Of a DNA stretch of 64,000 nt, positions 51,750-64,000 are shown in pieces (the stretch's first letter is position 1; every line of letters starts with the position of its first letter). This stretch comes from Eledone cirrhosa. Lineage: Eukaryota. The notes under the pieces were generated by a model. It was not told where the DNA came from and searched no databases. It saw nothing but the letters and a program-made list of their open reading frames with translations. The translations under genes were made by a program, and so were the position numbers. The DNA lies in NCBI GenBank assembly GCA_964016885.1, contig OZ024744.1:105090001-105154000 (forward strand), in the 5' to 3' direction.

Positions 51750-54700
51750 GTTGTATGCCGTCTATGACTAGTCTGTGTCTACAGTTGTATGCCGTCTATG
51801 ACTAGTGTGTGTATACGGTTGTATACCGTCTATGACTAGTCTGTGTCTACGGTTGTATGCAGTCTATGACTAGTCTGTGTCTACGGTTGTATGCCGTCTA
51901 TGACTAGTCTGTGTCTACGGTTGTATGCCGTCTATGACTAGTCTGTGTCTACAGTTGTATGCCGTCTATGACTAGTCTGTTTCTTCGGTTGTATGCCCTC
52001 TATGACTAGTCTGTGTCTACGGTTGTATGCCGTCTATGACTAGTCTGTGTGTACGGTTGGATGCAGTCTATGACTAATCTGTGTCTACGGTTGTATGCCG
52101 TCTATGACTAGTCTGTGTCTACGGTTGTATGCCGTCTATGACTAGTCTGTGTCTACAGTTGTATGCCGTCTATGACTAGTCTGTGTCTACGGTTGTATGC
52201 CGTCTATGACTAGTCTGTGTCTACGGTTGTATGCCGTCTATGACTAGTCTGTGTGTACGGTTGTATGCCGTCTATGACTAGTCTGTGTCTACGGTTGTAT
52301 GCCATCTATGACTAGTCTGTGTGTACGGTTGTATGCCGTCTATGACTAGTGTGTGTCTACAGTTGTATGCCGTCTATGACTAGTCTGTGTCTACGGTTGT
52401 ATGCCGTCTATGACTAGTCTGTGTCTACGGTTGTATGCCGTCTATGACAAGTCTGTGTCTACGGTTGTATGCCGTCTATGACTAGTCTGTGTCTACGGTT
52501 GTATGCCGTCTATAACTAGTCTGTGTGTACGGTTGTATGCCCTATATGACTAGTCTGTGTCTACGGTTGTATGCCGTCTGTGACTAGTCTGTGTGTACGG
52601 TTGTATGCCGTCTATGACTAGTCTGTGTCTACAGTTGTATTCGGTCTATGACTAGTCTGTGTCTACGGTTGTATGCCGTCTATGACTAGTCTGTGTCTAC
52701 GGTTGTATGCCGTCTATGACTAGTCTGTGTCTACGGTTGTATGCCGTCTATGACTAGTCTGTGTGCACGGTTGTATGCCGTCTATGACTAGTCTGTGTCT
52801 ACGGTTGTATGCCGTCTATGCCTAGTCTGTGTCTACGGTTGTATGCAGTCTATGCCTAGTCTGATCCACGGTTGTATGCCGTCTATGACTAGTGTGTGTC
52901 TTCGGTTGTATGCCGTCTATGACTAGTCTGTGTCTACGGTTGTATGCCGTCTATGACTAGTCTGTGTCTACGGTTGTATGCCATCTATGACTAGTCTGTG
53001 TGTACGGTTGTATGCCGTCTATGACTTGTCTGTGTCTACGGTTGTATGTCGTCTATGACTAGTCTGTGTCTACGGTTGTATGCCGTCTATGACTAGTCTG
53101 TGTCTAAGGTTGTATGCCGTCTATGACAAGTCTGTGTCTACGGTTGTATGCCGTCTATGACTAGTCTGTGTCTACAGTTGTATGCGGTCTATGACTAGTC
53201 TGTGTCTACGGTTGTATGCCGTCTATAACTAGTCTGTGTGTACGGTTGTATGCCCTCTATGACTAGTCTGTGTCTACGGTTGTATGCCGTCTGTCGCTAG
53301 TCTGTGTGTACGGTTGTATGCCGTCTATGACTAGTCTGTGTCTACGGTTGTATGCCGTCTATGACTAGTCTGTGTCTACAGTTGTATGCCGTCTATGACT
53401 AGTGTGTGTATACGGTTGTATACCGTCTATGACTAGTCTGTGTCTACGGTTGTATGCAGTCTATGACTAGTCTGTGTCTACGGTTGTATGCCGTCTATGA
53501 CTAGTCTGTGTCTACGGTTGTATGCCGTCTATGACTAGTCTGTGTCTACAGTTGTATGCCGTCTATGACTAGTCTGTGTCTTCGGTTGTATGCCCTCTAT
53601 GACTAGTCTGTGTCTACGGTTGTATGCCGTCTATGACTAGTCTGTGTCTACAGTTGTATGCCGTCTATGACTAGTCTGTGTCTATGGTTGTATGCCGTCT
53701 ATGACTAGTCTGTGTGTACGGTTGTATGCAGTCTATGACTAATCTGTGTCTACGGTTGTATGCCGTCTATGACTAGTCTGTGTCTACGGTTGTATGCCGT
53801 CTATGACTAGTCTGTGTCTACAGTTGTATGCCGTCTATGACTAGTCTGTGTCTACGGTTGTATGCCGTCTATGACTAGTCTGTGTCTACGGTTGTATGCC
53901 GTCTATGACTAGTCTGTGTGTACGGTTGTATGCCGTCTATGACTAGTCTGTGTCTACGGTTGTATGCCATCTATGACTAGTCTGTGTGTACGGTTGTATG
54001 CCGTCTATGACTAGTGTGTGTCTACAGTTGTATGCCGTCTATGACTAGTCTGTGTCTACGGTTGTATGCCGTCTATGACTAGTCTGTGTCTACGGTTGTA
54101 TGCCGTCTATGACAAGTCTGTGTCTACGGTTGTATGCCGTCTATGACTAGTCTGTGTCTACGGTTGTATGCCGTCTATAACTAGTCTGTGTGTACGGTTG
54201 TATGCCCTATATGACTAGTCTGTGTCTACGGTTGTATGCCGTCTGTGACTAGTCTGTGTGTACGGTTGTATGCCGTCTATGACTAGTCTGTGTCTACAGT
54301 TGTATTCGGTCTATGACTAGTCTGTGTCTACGGTTGTATGCCGTCTATGACTAGTCTGTGTCTACGGTTGTATGCCGTCTATGACTAGTCTGTGTCTACG
54401 GTTGTATGCCGTCTATGACTAGTCTGTGTGCCCGGTTGTATGCCGTCTATGACTAGTCTGTGTCTACGGTTGTATGCCGTCTATGCCTAGTCTGTGTCTA
54501 CGGTTTTATGCAGTCTATGCCTAGTCTGATCCACGGTTGTATGCCGTCTATGACTAGTGTGTGTCTTCGGTTGTATGCCGTCTATGACTAGTCTGTGTCT
54601 ACGGTTGTATGCCGTCTATGACTAGTCTGTGTCTACGGTTGTATGCCATCTATGACTAGTCTGTGTGTACGGTTGTATGCCGTCTATGACTTGTCTGTGT

Positions 54701-54990
54701 CTACGGTTGTATGTCGTCTATGACTAGTCTGTGTCTACGGTTGTATGCCGTCTATGACTAGTCTGTGTCTACGGTTGTATGCCGTCTATGACAAGTCTGT
54801 GTCTACGGTTGTATGCCGTCTATGACTAGTCTGTGTCTACAGTTGTATGCGGTCTATGACTAGTCTGTGTCTACGGTTGTATGCCGTCTATAACTAGTCT
54901 GTGTGTACGGTTGTATGCCCTCTATGACTAGTCTGTGTCTACGGTTGTATGCCGTCTGTCACTAGTCTGTGTGTACGGTTGTATGCCGTC
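51750..54990. repeat. Tandem duplication with ~1.6-1.67 kb period (47-49 monomers)
   Basis: AGTGTGTGTATACGG marker (GTATAC at 51811/53408, offset 1,597 = 47x34-1); TATGCCTAGTCTGATCC at 52851/54516 (offset 1,665 = 49x34-1). Confidence 0.8.
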
Positions 54991-56599
54991 TATGACTAGT
55001 CTGTGTCTACGGTTGTATTCGGTCTATGACTAGTCTGTGTCTACGGTTGTATGCCGTCTATGCCTAGTCTGTGTCTACTGTTGTATGCAGTCTATGACTA
55101 GTCTGTATCTACGGTTGTATGCCGTCTATGACTAGTGTGTTTCTTCGGTTGTATGCCGTCTATGACTAGTCTGCGTCTACGGTTGTATGCCGTCTATGAC
55201 TAGTCTCTGTCAACGGTTGTATGCCATCTATGACTAGTCTGTGTGTACGGTTGTATGCCGTCTATGACTAGTATGTGTCTACGGTTGTATGTCGTCTATG
55301 ACTAGTCTGTGTCTACGGTTGTATGCCGTCTATGACTAGTCTGTGTCTACGGTTGTATGCCGTCTATGACAAGTCTGTGTCTACGGTTGTATGCCGTCTA
55401 TGACTAGTCTGTGTCTACAGTTGTATGCGGTCTATGACTAGTCTGTGTCTACGGTTGTATGCCGTCTATAACTAGTCTGTGTGTACGGTTGTATGCCCTC
55501 TATGACTAGTCTGTGTCTACGGTTGTATGCCGTCTGTCACTAGTCTGTGTGTACGGTTGTATGCCGTCTATGACTAGTCTGTGTCTACGGTTGTATTCGG
55601 TCTATGACTAGTCTGTGTCTACGGTTGTATGCCGTCTATGACTAGTCTGTGTCTACGGTTGTATGCCGTCTATGACTAGTCTGTGTGCACGGTTGTATGC
55701 CGTCTATGACTAGTCTGTGTCTACGGTTGTATGCCGTCTATGCCTAGTCTGTGTCTACGGTTGTATGCAGTCTATGACTAGTCTGATCCACGGTTGTATG
55801 CCGTCTATGACTAGTGTGTGTCTTCGGTTGTATGCCGTCTATGACTAGTCTGTGTCTACGGTTGTATGCCGTCTATGACTAGTCTGTGTCTACGGTTGTA
55901 TGCCATCTATGACTAGTCTGTGTGTACGGTTGTATGCCGTCTATGACTAGTCTGTGTCTACGGTTGTATGTCGTCTATGACTAGTCTGTGTCTACGGTTC
56001 TATGCCGTCTATGACTAGTCTGTGTCTACGGTTGTATGCCGTCTATGACTAGTCTGAGTCTACGGTTGTATGGCGTCTATGACTAGTCTGTGTCTACGGT
56101 TGTATGCCGTCTATGACTAGTCTGTGTCTACGGTTGTATGCCGTCTATGACTAGTATGTGTCTACGGTTGTATGCCGTCTATGACTAGTCTGTGTGTACG
56201 GTTGTATGCAGTCTATGACTAGTCTGTGTCTACTGTTGTATGCCGTCTATGACAAGTCTGTGTGTACGGTGGTATGCAGTCTATGACTAGTCTGTGTCTA
56301 CGGTTGTATGCCGTCTATGACTAGTCTGTGTCTACAGTTGTATGCCGTCTCTGACTAGTCTGTGTCTACGGTTGTATGCCGTCTATGACTAGTCTGTGTC
56401 TACGGTTGTATGCCGTCTATGACTAGTCTGTGTCTACGGTTGTATGCCATCTATGACTAGTCTGTGTGAACGGTTGTATGCCGTCTAACTAGTCTGTGTC
56501 TACAGTTGTATGTCGTCTATGACTAGGCTGTGTGTACGGTTGTATGCAGTCTATGACTAGTCTGTGTCTACTGTTGTATGCCGTCTATGACTAGGCTGT

Positions 56600-59460
56600 G
56601 TGTACGGTTGTATGCAGTCTATGACTAGTCTGTGTGTACGGTTGTATGCCGTCTATGACTAGTCTACGGCTGTATGCCGTCTATGACTAGTCTGTGTCTA
56701 CGGTTGTATGCCGTCTATGACTAGTCTGTGTCTACAGTTGTATGCCGTCTATGACTAGTTTGTGTCTACGGTTGTATACCGTCTATGACTAGTCTGTGTC
56801 TACGGTTGTATGCAGTCTATGACTAGTCTGTGTCTACGGTTGTATGCCGTCTATGACTAGTCTGTGTCTACGGTTGTATGCCGTCTATGACTAGTCTGTA
56901 TCTACAGTTGTATGCCGTCTATGACTAGTCTGTGTCTTCGGTTGTATGCCGTCTATGACTAGTCTGTGTCTACGGTTGTATGCCGTCTATGACTAGTCTG
57001 TGTCTACGTTTGTATGCCGTCTATGACTAGTCTGTGTCTACGGTTGTATGCCGTCTATGACTAGTCTGTGTCTACGGTTGTATGCCGTCTATGACTAATC
57101 TGTGTCTACGGTTGTATGCCATCTATGACTAGTCTGTGTGTACGGTTGTATGCCGTCTATGACTAGTCTGTGTCTACGGATGTATGCCGTCTATGACTAG
57201 TCTGTGTCTACAGTTGTATGCCGTTTATGACTAGTCTGTGTGTACGGTTATATGCCGTCTATGACTAGTCTGTGTCTACAGTTGTATGCCGTCTATGACT
57301 AGTCTGTGTCTACAGTTGTATGCCGTCTATGACTAGTCTGTGTCTACAGTTGTATACCGTCTATGACTTGTCTATGTCTACAGTTGTATGCCGTCTATGA
57401 CTAGTCTGTGTGTACGGTTGTATGCAGTCTATGACTAGTCTGTGTCTACTGTTGTATGCCGTCTATGACAAGTCTGTGTGTACGGTGGTATGCAGTTTAT
57501 GACTAGTCTGTGTCTACGGTTGTATGCCGTCTATGACTAGTCTGTGTGTACGGTTGTATGCCGTCTATGACTAGTCTGTGTCTACGGTTGTATTCGGTCT
57601 ATGACTAGTCTGTGTCTACGGTTGTATGCCGTCTATGACTAGTCTGTGTCTACGGTTGTATGCTGTCTATGACTAGTCTGTGTGTACGGTTGTATGCCGT
57701 CTATGACTAGTCTGTGTGTACGGTTGTATGCCGTCTATGACTAGTCTGAGTCTACGGTTGTATGCCGTCTATGAATAGTCTGTGTACGGTTGTATGCCGT
57801 CTATGTCTAGTCTGTGTCTACGGTTGTATGCCGTCTATGACTAGTCTCTGTGTACGGTTGTATGCCGTCTATGACTAGTCTGTGTATACGGTTGTATGCC
57901 GTCTATGACTAGTCTGTGTCTACGGTTGTATGCCGTCTATGACTAGTCTGTGTCTACAGTTGTATGCCGTCTATGACTAGTCTGTGTCTACGGTTGTATG
58001 CCGTCTATGACTAGTCTGTGTCTACAGTTGTATGCCGTCTCTGACTAGTCTGTGTCTACGGTTGTATGCCGTCTATGACTAGTCTGTGTCTACGGTTGTA
58101 TGCCGTCTATGACTAGTCTGTGTCTACGGTTGTATGCCGTCTATGACTAGTCTGTGTCTACGGTTGTATGCCATCTATGACTAGTCTGTGTGAACGGTTG
58201 TATGCCGTCTAACTAGTCTGTGTCTACAGTTGTATGTCGTCTATGACTACTCTCTGTCTACGGTTGTATGCTGTCTATGACTAGTCTGTGTCTACGGTTG
58301 TATGCCGTCTATGACTAGTATGTGTCTACGGTTGTATGCCGTCTATGACTAGTCTGTGTGTACGGTTGTATGCAGTCTATGACTAGTCTGTGTCTACTGT
58401 TGTATGCCGTCTATGACTAGGCTGTGTGTACGGTTGTATGCAGTCTATGACTAGTCTGTGTCTACGGTTGTATGCCGTCTATGACTAGTCTGTGCGTACG
58501 GTTGTATGCAGTCTATGACTAGTCTGTGTCTACGGTTGTATGGCGTCTATGACTAGTTTGTGTCTACAGTTGTATGCCATCTATGACTAGTCTGTGTGTA
58601 CGGTTGTATGCAGTCTATGACTAGTCTGTGTCTACAGTTGTATGCCGTCTATGACTAGTCTGAGTCTACGGTTGTATGCAGTCTATGACTAGTCTGTGTG
58701 TACGGTTGTATGCCGTCTATGACTAGTCTACGGCTGTATGCCGTCTATGACTAGTCTGTGTCTACGGTTGTATGCCGTCTATGACTAGTCTGTGTCTACA
58801 GTTGTATGCCGTCTATGACTAGTTTGTGTCTACGGTTGTATACCGTCTATGACTAGTCTGTGTCTACGGTTGTATGCAGTCTATGACTAGTCTGTGTCTA
58901 CGGTTGTATGCCGTCTATGACTAGTCTGTGTCTACGGTTGTATGCCGTCTATGACTAGTCTGTGTCTACAGTTGTATGCCGTCTATGACTAGTCTGTGTC
59001 TTCGGTTGTATGCCGTCTATGACTAGTCTGTGTCTACGGTTGTATGCCGTCTATGACTAGTCTGTGTCTACGTTTGTATGCCGTCTATGACTAGTCTGTG
59101 TCTACGGTTGTATGCCGTCTATGACTAGTCTGTGTCTACGGTTGTATGCCGTCTATGACTAATCTGTGTCTACGGTTGTATGCCATCTATGACTAGTCTG
59201 TGTGTACGGTTGTATGCCGTCTATGACTAGTCTGTGTCTACGGATGTATGCCGTCTATGACTAGTCTGTGTCTACAGTTGTATGCCGTTTATGACTAGTC
59301 TGTGTGTACGGTTATATGCCGTCTATGACTAGTCTGTGTCTACAGTTGTATGCCGTCTATGACTAGTCTGTGTCTACAGTTGTATGCCGTCTATGACTAG
59401 TCTGTGTCTACAGTTGTATACCGTCTATGACTTGTCTATGTCTACAGTTGTATGCCGTCT
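56600..59460. repeat. Block of ~0.8 kb duplicated at 2,064-bp spacing (~56.6-57.4 kb and ~58.7-59.45 kb)
   Basis: Rare CGGATGTATG variant at 57177 and 59241, preceded in both by the 28-bp deletion monomer and followed by the same GTTATATG and ACTTGTCTATG variants. Confidence 0.78.
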
Positions 59461-60599
59461 ATGACTAGTCTGTGTCTACGGTTGTATGCCGTCTATGACT
59501 AGTCTGTGTCTACGGTTGTATGCCGTCAATGACTAGACTGTGTCTACAGTTGTATGCCATCTATGACTAGTTTGTGTCTACTGCTGTATGCAGTCTATGA
59601 CTAGTCTGTGTCTACGGTTGTATGCAGGCTATGACTAGTCATTGTCTACGGTTGTATGCAGGTTATGACTAGTCTGTGTCTACGGTTGTATGCCGTCTAT
59701 GACTAGTCTGTGTCTACAGTTGTATGCCGTCTATGACTAGTCTGTGTCTTCGGTTGTATGCCGTCTATGACTAGTCTGTGTGTACGGTTGTATTCCGTCT
59801 ATGACTAGTCTGTGTCTACGGTTTATGCCGTCTATGACTAGTCTGTGTCTACGGTTGTATGCCGTCTATGACTAGTCTGTGTGTACGGTTGTATGCCGTC
59901 TATGACTAGTCAATGTCTACGGTTGTATGCCATCTATGACTAGTCTGTGTGTACGGTTGTATGTCGTCTATGACTAGTCTGTGTCTACAGTTGTATGCCG
60001 TCTATGACTAGTCTGTGTATACGGTTGTATGCCGTCTATGACTAGTCTGTGTCTACGGTTGTATGCCATCTATGACTCGTCTGTGTCTACGGTTGTATGC
60101 CGTCTATGACTAGTCTGTGTCTACAGTTGTATGCGGTCTATGACTAGTCTGTGTCTACGGTTGTATGCCGTCTATGACTAGTCTGTGTGTACGGTTGTAT
60201 GCCGTCTATGACTAGTCTGTGTCTACGGTTGTATGCCGTCTATGACTAGTCTGTGTCTACGGTTGTATTCGGTCTATGACTAGTCTGTGTCTACGGTTGA
60301 ATGCCGTCTATGACTAGTCTGTGTCTACGGTTGTATGCTGTCTATGACTAGTCTGTGTGTACGGTTGTATGCCGTCTATGACTAGTCTGTGTGTACGGTT
60401 GTATACCGTCCATGACTAGTCTGAGTCTACGGTTGTATGCCGTCTATGAATAGTCTGTGTGTACGGTTGTATGCCGTCTATGACTAGTCTGTGTCTACGG
60501 TTGTATGCCGTCTATGACTAGTCTGTGTGTACGGTTGTATGCCGTCTATGACTAGTCTGTGTATACGGTTGTATGCCGTCTATGACTAGTCTGTGTCTA

Positions 60600-63500
60600 C
60601 GGTTGTATGCCGTCTATGACTAGTCTGTGTCTACAGTTGTATGCCGTCTATGACTAGTCTGTGTCTACGGTTGTATGCCGTCTATGACTAGTCTGTGTCT
60701 ACAGTTGTATGCCGTCTCTGACTAGTCTGTGTCTACGGTTGTATGCCGTCTATGACTAGTCTGTGTCTACGGTTGTATGCCGTCTATGACTAGTCTGTGT
60801 CTACGGTTGTATGCCGTCTATGACTAGTCTGTGTCTACGGTTGTATGCCATCTATGACTAGTCTGTGTGTACGGTTGTATGCCGTCTATGACTAGTCTGT
60901 GTCTACAGTTGTATGTCGTCTATGACTACTCTGTGTCTACGGTTGTATGCCGTCAATATCTAGTCTGTGTCTACGGTTGTATGCCGTCTATGACTAGTAT
61001 GTGTCTACGGTTGTATGCCGTCTATGACTAGTCTGTGTCTACGGTTGTATGCCGTCTATGACTAGTCTGTGTCTACTGTTGTATGCCGTCTATGACTAGG
61101 CTGTGTGTACGGTTGTATGCAGTCTATGACTAGTCTGTGTCTACGGTTGTATGCCGTCTATGACTAGGCTGTGTGTACGGTTGTATGCAGTCTATGACTA
61201 GTCTGTGTCTACGGTTGTATGCCGTCTATGACTAGTCTGTGCGTACGGTTGTATGCAGTCTATGACTAGTCTGTGTCTACGGTTGTATGGCGTCTATGAC
61301 TACTCTGTGTCTACAGTTGTATGCCATCTATGACTAGTCTGTGTGTACGGTTGTATGCAGTCTATGACTAGTCTGTGTCTACAGTTGTATGCCGTATATG
61401 ACTAGTCTGAGTCTACGGTTGTATGCAGTCTATGACTAGTCTGTGTGTACGGTTGTATGCCGTCTATGACTAGTCTGTGTCTACGGTTGTATGCCGTCTA
61501 TGACTAGTCTGTGTCTACAGTTGTATGCCGTCTATGACTAGTCTGTGTCTACGGTTGTATGCCGTCTATGACTAGTCTGTGTCTACAGTTGTATGCCGTC
61601 TATGACTAGTGTGTGTCTACGGTTGTATACCGTCTATGACTAGTCTGTGTCTACGGTTGTATGCAGTCTATGACTAGTCTGTGTCTACGGTTGTATGCCG
61701 TCTATGACTAGTCTGTGTCTACGGTTGTATGCCGTCTATGACTAGTCTGTGTCTACAGTTGTATGCCGTCTATGACTAGTCTGTGTCTTCGGTTGTATGC
61801 CCTCTATGACTAGTCTGTGTCTACGGTTGTATGCCGTCTATGACTAGTCTGTGTCTACAGTTGTATGCCGTCTATGACTAGTCTGTGTCTACGGTTGTAT
61901 GCCGTCTATGACTAGTCTGTGTGTACGGTTGTATGCAGTCTATGACTAATCTGTGTCTACGGTTGTATGCCGTCTATGACAAGTCTGTGTCTACGGTTGT
62001 ATGCCGTCTCTGACTAGTCTGTGTCTACAGTTGTATGCGGTCTATGACTAGTCTGTGTCTACGGTTGTATGCCGTCTATAACTAGTCTGTGTGTACGGTT
62101 GTATGCACTCTATGACTAGTCTGTGTCTACGGTTGTATGCCGTCTGTCACTAGTCTGTGTGTACGGTTGTATGCCGTCTATGACTAGTCTGTGTCTACGG
62201 TTGTATTCGGTCTATGACTAGTCTGTGTCTACGGTTGTATGCCGTCTATGACTAGTCTGTGTCTACGGTTGTATGCCGTCTATGACTAGTCTGTGTGCAC
62301 GGTTGTATGCCGTCTATGACTAGTCTGTGTCTACGGCTGTATGCCGTCTATGCCTAGTCTGTGTCTACGGTTGTATGCAGTCTATGACTAGTCTAATCCA
62401 CGGTTGTATGCCGTCTATGACTAGTGTGTGTCTTCGGTTGTATGCCGTCTATGACTAGTCTGTGTCTACGGTTGTATGCCGTCTATGACTAGTCTGTGTC
62501 TACGGTTGTATGCCATCTATGACTAGTCTGTGTGTACGGTTGTATGCCGTCTATGACTAGTCTGTGTCTACGGTTGTATGTCGTCTATGACTAGTCTGTG
62601 TCTACGGTTGTATGCCGTCTATGACTAGTCTGTGTCTACGGTTGTATGCCGTCTATGACTAGTCTGAGTCTACGGTTGTATGGCGTCTATGACTAGTCTG
62701 TGTCTACGGTTGTATGCCGTCTATGACTAGTCTGTGTCTACAGTTGTATGCCGTCTATGACTAGTCTGTGTCTACAGTTGTATGCCGTCTATGACTAGTC
62801 TGTGTCTACGGTTGTATGCCGTCTATGACTAGTATGTGTCTACGGTTGTATGCCGTCTATGACTAGTCTGTGTGTACGGTTGTATGCAGTCTATGACTAG
62901 TCTGTGTCTACTGTTGTATGCCGTCTATGACAAGTCTGTGTGTACGGTGGTATGCAGTCTATGACTAGTCTGTGTCTACGGTTGTATGCCGTCTATGACT
63001 AGTCTGTGTGTACGGTTGTATGCCGTCTATGACTAGTCTGTGTCTACAGTTGTATGCCGTCTATGACTAGTCTGTGTCTACGGTTGTATGCCGTCTATGA
63101 CTAGTCTGTGTCTACAGTTGTATGCCGTCTCTGACTAGTCTGTGTCTACGGTTGTATGCCGTCTATGACTAGTCTGTGTCTACGGTTGTATGCCGTCTAT
63201 GACTAGTCTGTGTCTACGGTTGTATGCCGTCTATGACTAGTCTGTGTCTACGGTTGTATGCCATCTATGACTAGTCTGTGTGTACGGTTGTATGCCGTCT
63301 ATGACTAGTCTGTGTCTACAGTTGTATGTCGTCTATGACTACTCTGTGTCTACGGTTGTATGCCGTCAATATCTAGTCTGTGTCTACGGTTGTATGCCGT
63401 CTATGACTAGTATGTGTCTACGGTTGTATGCCGTCTATGACTAGTCTGTGTCTACGGTTGTATGCCGTCTATGACTAGTCTGTGTCTACTGTTGTATGCC

Positions 63501-64000
63501 GTCTATGACTAGGCTGTGTGTACGGTTGTATGCAGTCTATGACTAGTCTGTGTCTACGGTTGTATGCCGTCTATGACTAGGCTGTGTGTACGGTTGTATG
63601 CAGTCTATGACTAGTCTGTGTCTACGGTTGTATGCCGTCTATGACTAGTCTGTGCGTACGGTTGTATGCAGTCTATGACTAGTCTGTGTCTACGGTTGTA
63701 TGGCGTCTATGACTACTCTGTGTCTACAGTTGTATGCCATCTATGACTAGTCTGTGTGTACGGTTGTATGCAGTCTATGACTAGTCTGTGTCTACAGTTG
63801 TATGCCGTATATGACTAGTCTGAGTCTACGGTTGTATGCAGTCTATGACTAGTCTGTGTGTACGGTTGTATGCCGTCTATGACTAGTCTGTGTCTACGGT
63901 TGTATGCCGTCTATGACTAGTCTGTGTCTACAGTTGTATGCCGTCTATGACTAGTCTGTGTCTACGGTTGTATGCCGTCTATGACTAGTCTGTGTCTACA
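60600..64000. repeat. Higher-order duplication, period 2,413 bp (71 monomers): ~60.6-61.6 kb repeated at ~63.0-64.0 kb, probably continuing past the window
   Basis: Rare GTCAATATCTAG at 60952 and 63365, followed by the same run (two CTAGGCTG, GTGCGTAC, TGGCGTCTATGACTACTC). 2413 = 71x34 - 1. Confidence 0.87.

Larger units (their letters stand above)
1..64000. repeat. Tandem satellite array of a 34-bp monomer (consensus GTTGTATGCCGTCTATGACTAGTCTGTGTCTACG), about 1,880 head-to-tail copies, extending beyond both window ends
   Basis: Seen directly: every line consists of this unit with roughly 0-3 substitutions per copy and occasional 33-, 32- or 28-bp length variants. 64000/34 is about 1,882. 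No unique sequence or orientation switch seen. Confidence 0.99.

Noticed and set aside
1-64000. CRISPR array (unit length of 34 bp and an internal palindrome are CRISPR-like)
   Set aside because: Units abut directly with no unique spacers, and there is no leader or cas gene in the window.
1-64000. Giant minus-strand ORF under TAG reassignment (the consensus minus strand has only TAG stops, giving a 34-aa repeat per three monomers)
   Set aside because: The 34-bp period cycles through all frames, 1- and 2-bp indels are tolerated, and variants (GTTTATG, TCAC, TTCAG, TCATT) introduce TAA/TGA on that strand. Variation follows monomer position, not codon position.
1-64000. Adapter concatemer, rolling-circle or sequencing artefact
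   Set aside because: Only 11 of 34 nt match the adapter. Rare variants are inherited in ordered, nested blocks up to 37 kb apart, which random error on one template would not produce. Local mis-assembly of copy number is still possible.
1-64000. Variant order as an encoded message or programmed diversification system
   Set aside because: The patterns are explained by point mutation, unequal exchange and conversion. No associated enzyme gene, template region or reading mechanism is visible.
1-64000. G-quadruplex, A-tract curvature, long Z-DNA tract or CENP-B box
   Set aside because: The consensus has no G3 runs or A-tracts, alternating purine-pyrimidine runs are only about 6-10 nt, and there is no TTCG....A..CGGG match.

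Overview
The whole 64 kb window is one uninterrupted head-to-tail tandem array (satellite/minisatellite) of a 34-bp monomer, consensus GTTGTATGCCGTCTATGACTAGTCTGTGTCTACG (47% GC; + strand 13 T, 9 G, 7 C, 5 A), about 1,880 copies, all in one orientation and running off both ends. I see no gene, RNA gene, CRISPR spacer or transposon insertion. The information lies in the order of monomer variants. Rare variants act as barcodes and reveal nested higher-order duplications: 2- and 5-monomer units, 47-49, 70, 71, 96-97 and 119 monomers, a three-copy ~5.3 kb (156-monomer) unit, and blocks repeated about 33.5-37 kb apart. The monomer looks like a diverged 17-bp dimer built from ~6-bp GTCTRY subunits, with an 8-bp palindrome (GACTAGTC). 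One recurrent variant extends that palindrome to 12 bp, consistent with template switching. CpG-type variants suggest a methylated, probably eukaryotic heterochromatic array, but organism and function cannot be determined from this window. Block boundaries were read by eye and are approximate. I found no supportable evidence of a new protein-coding or RNA system.
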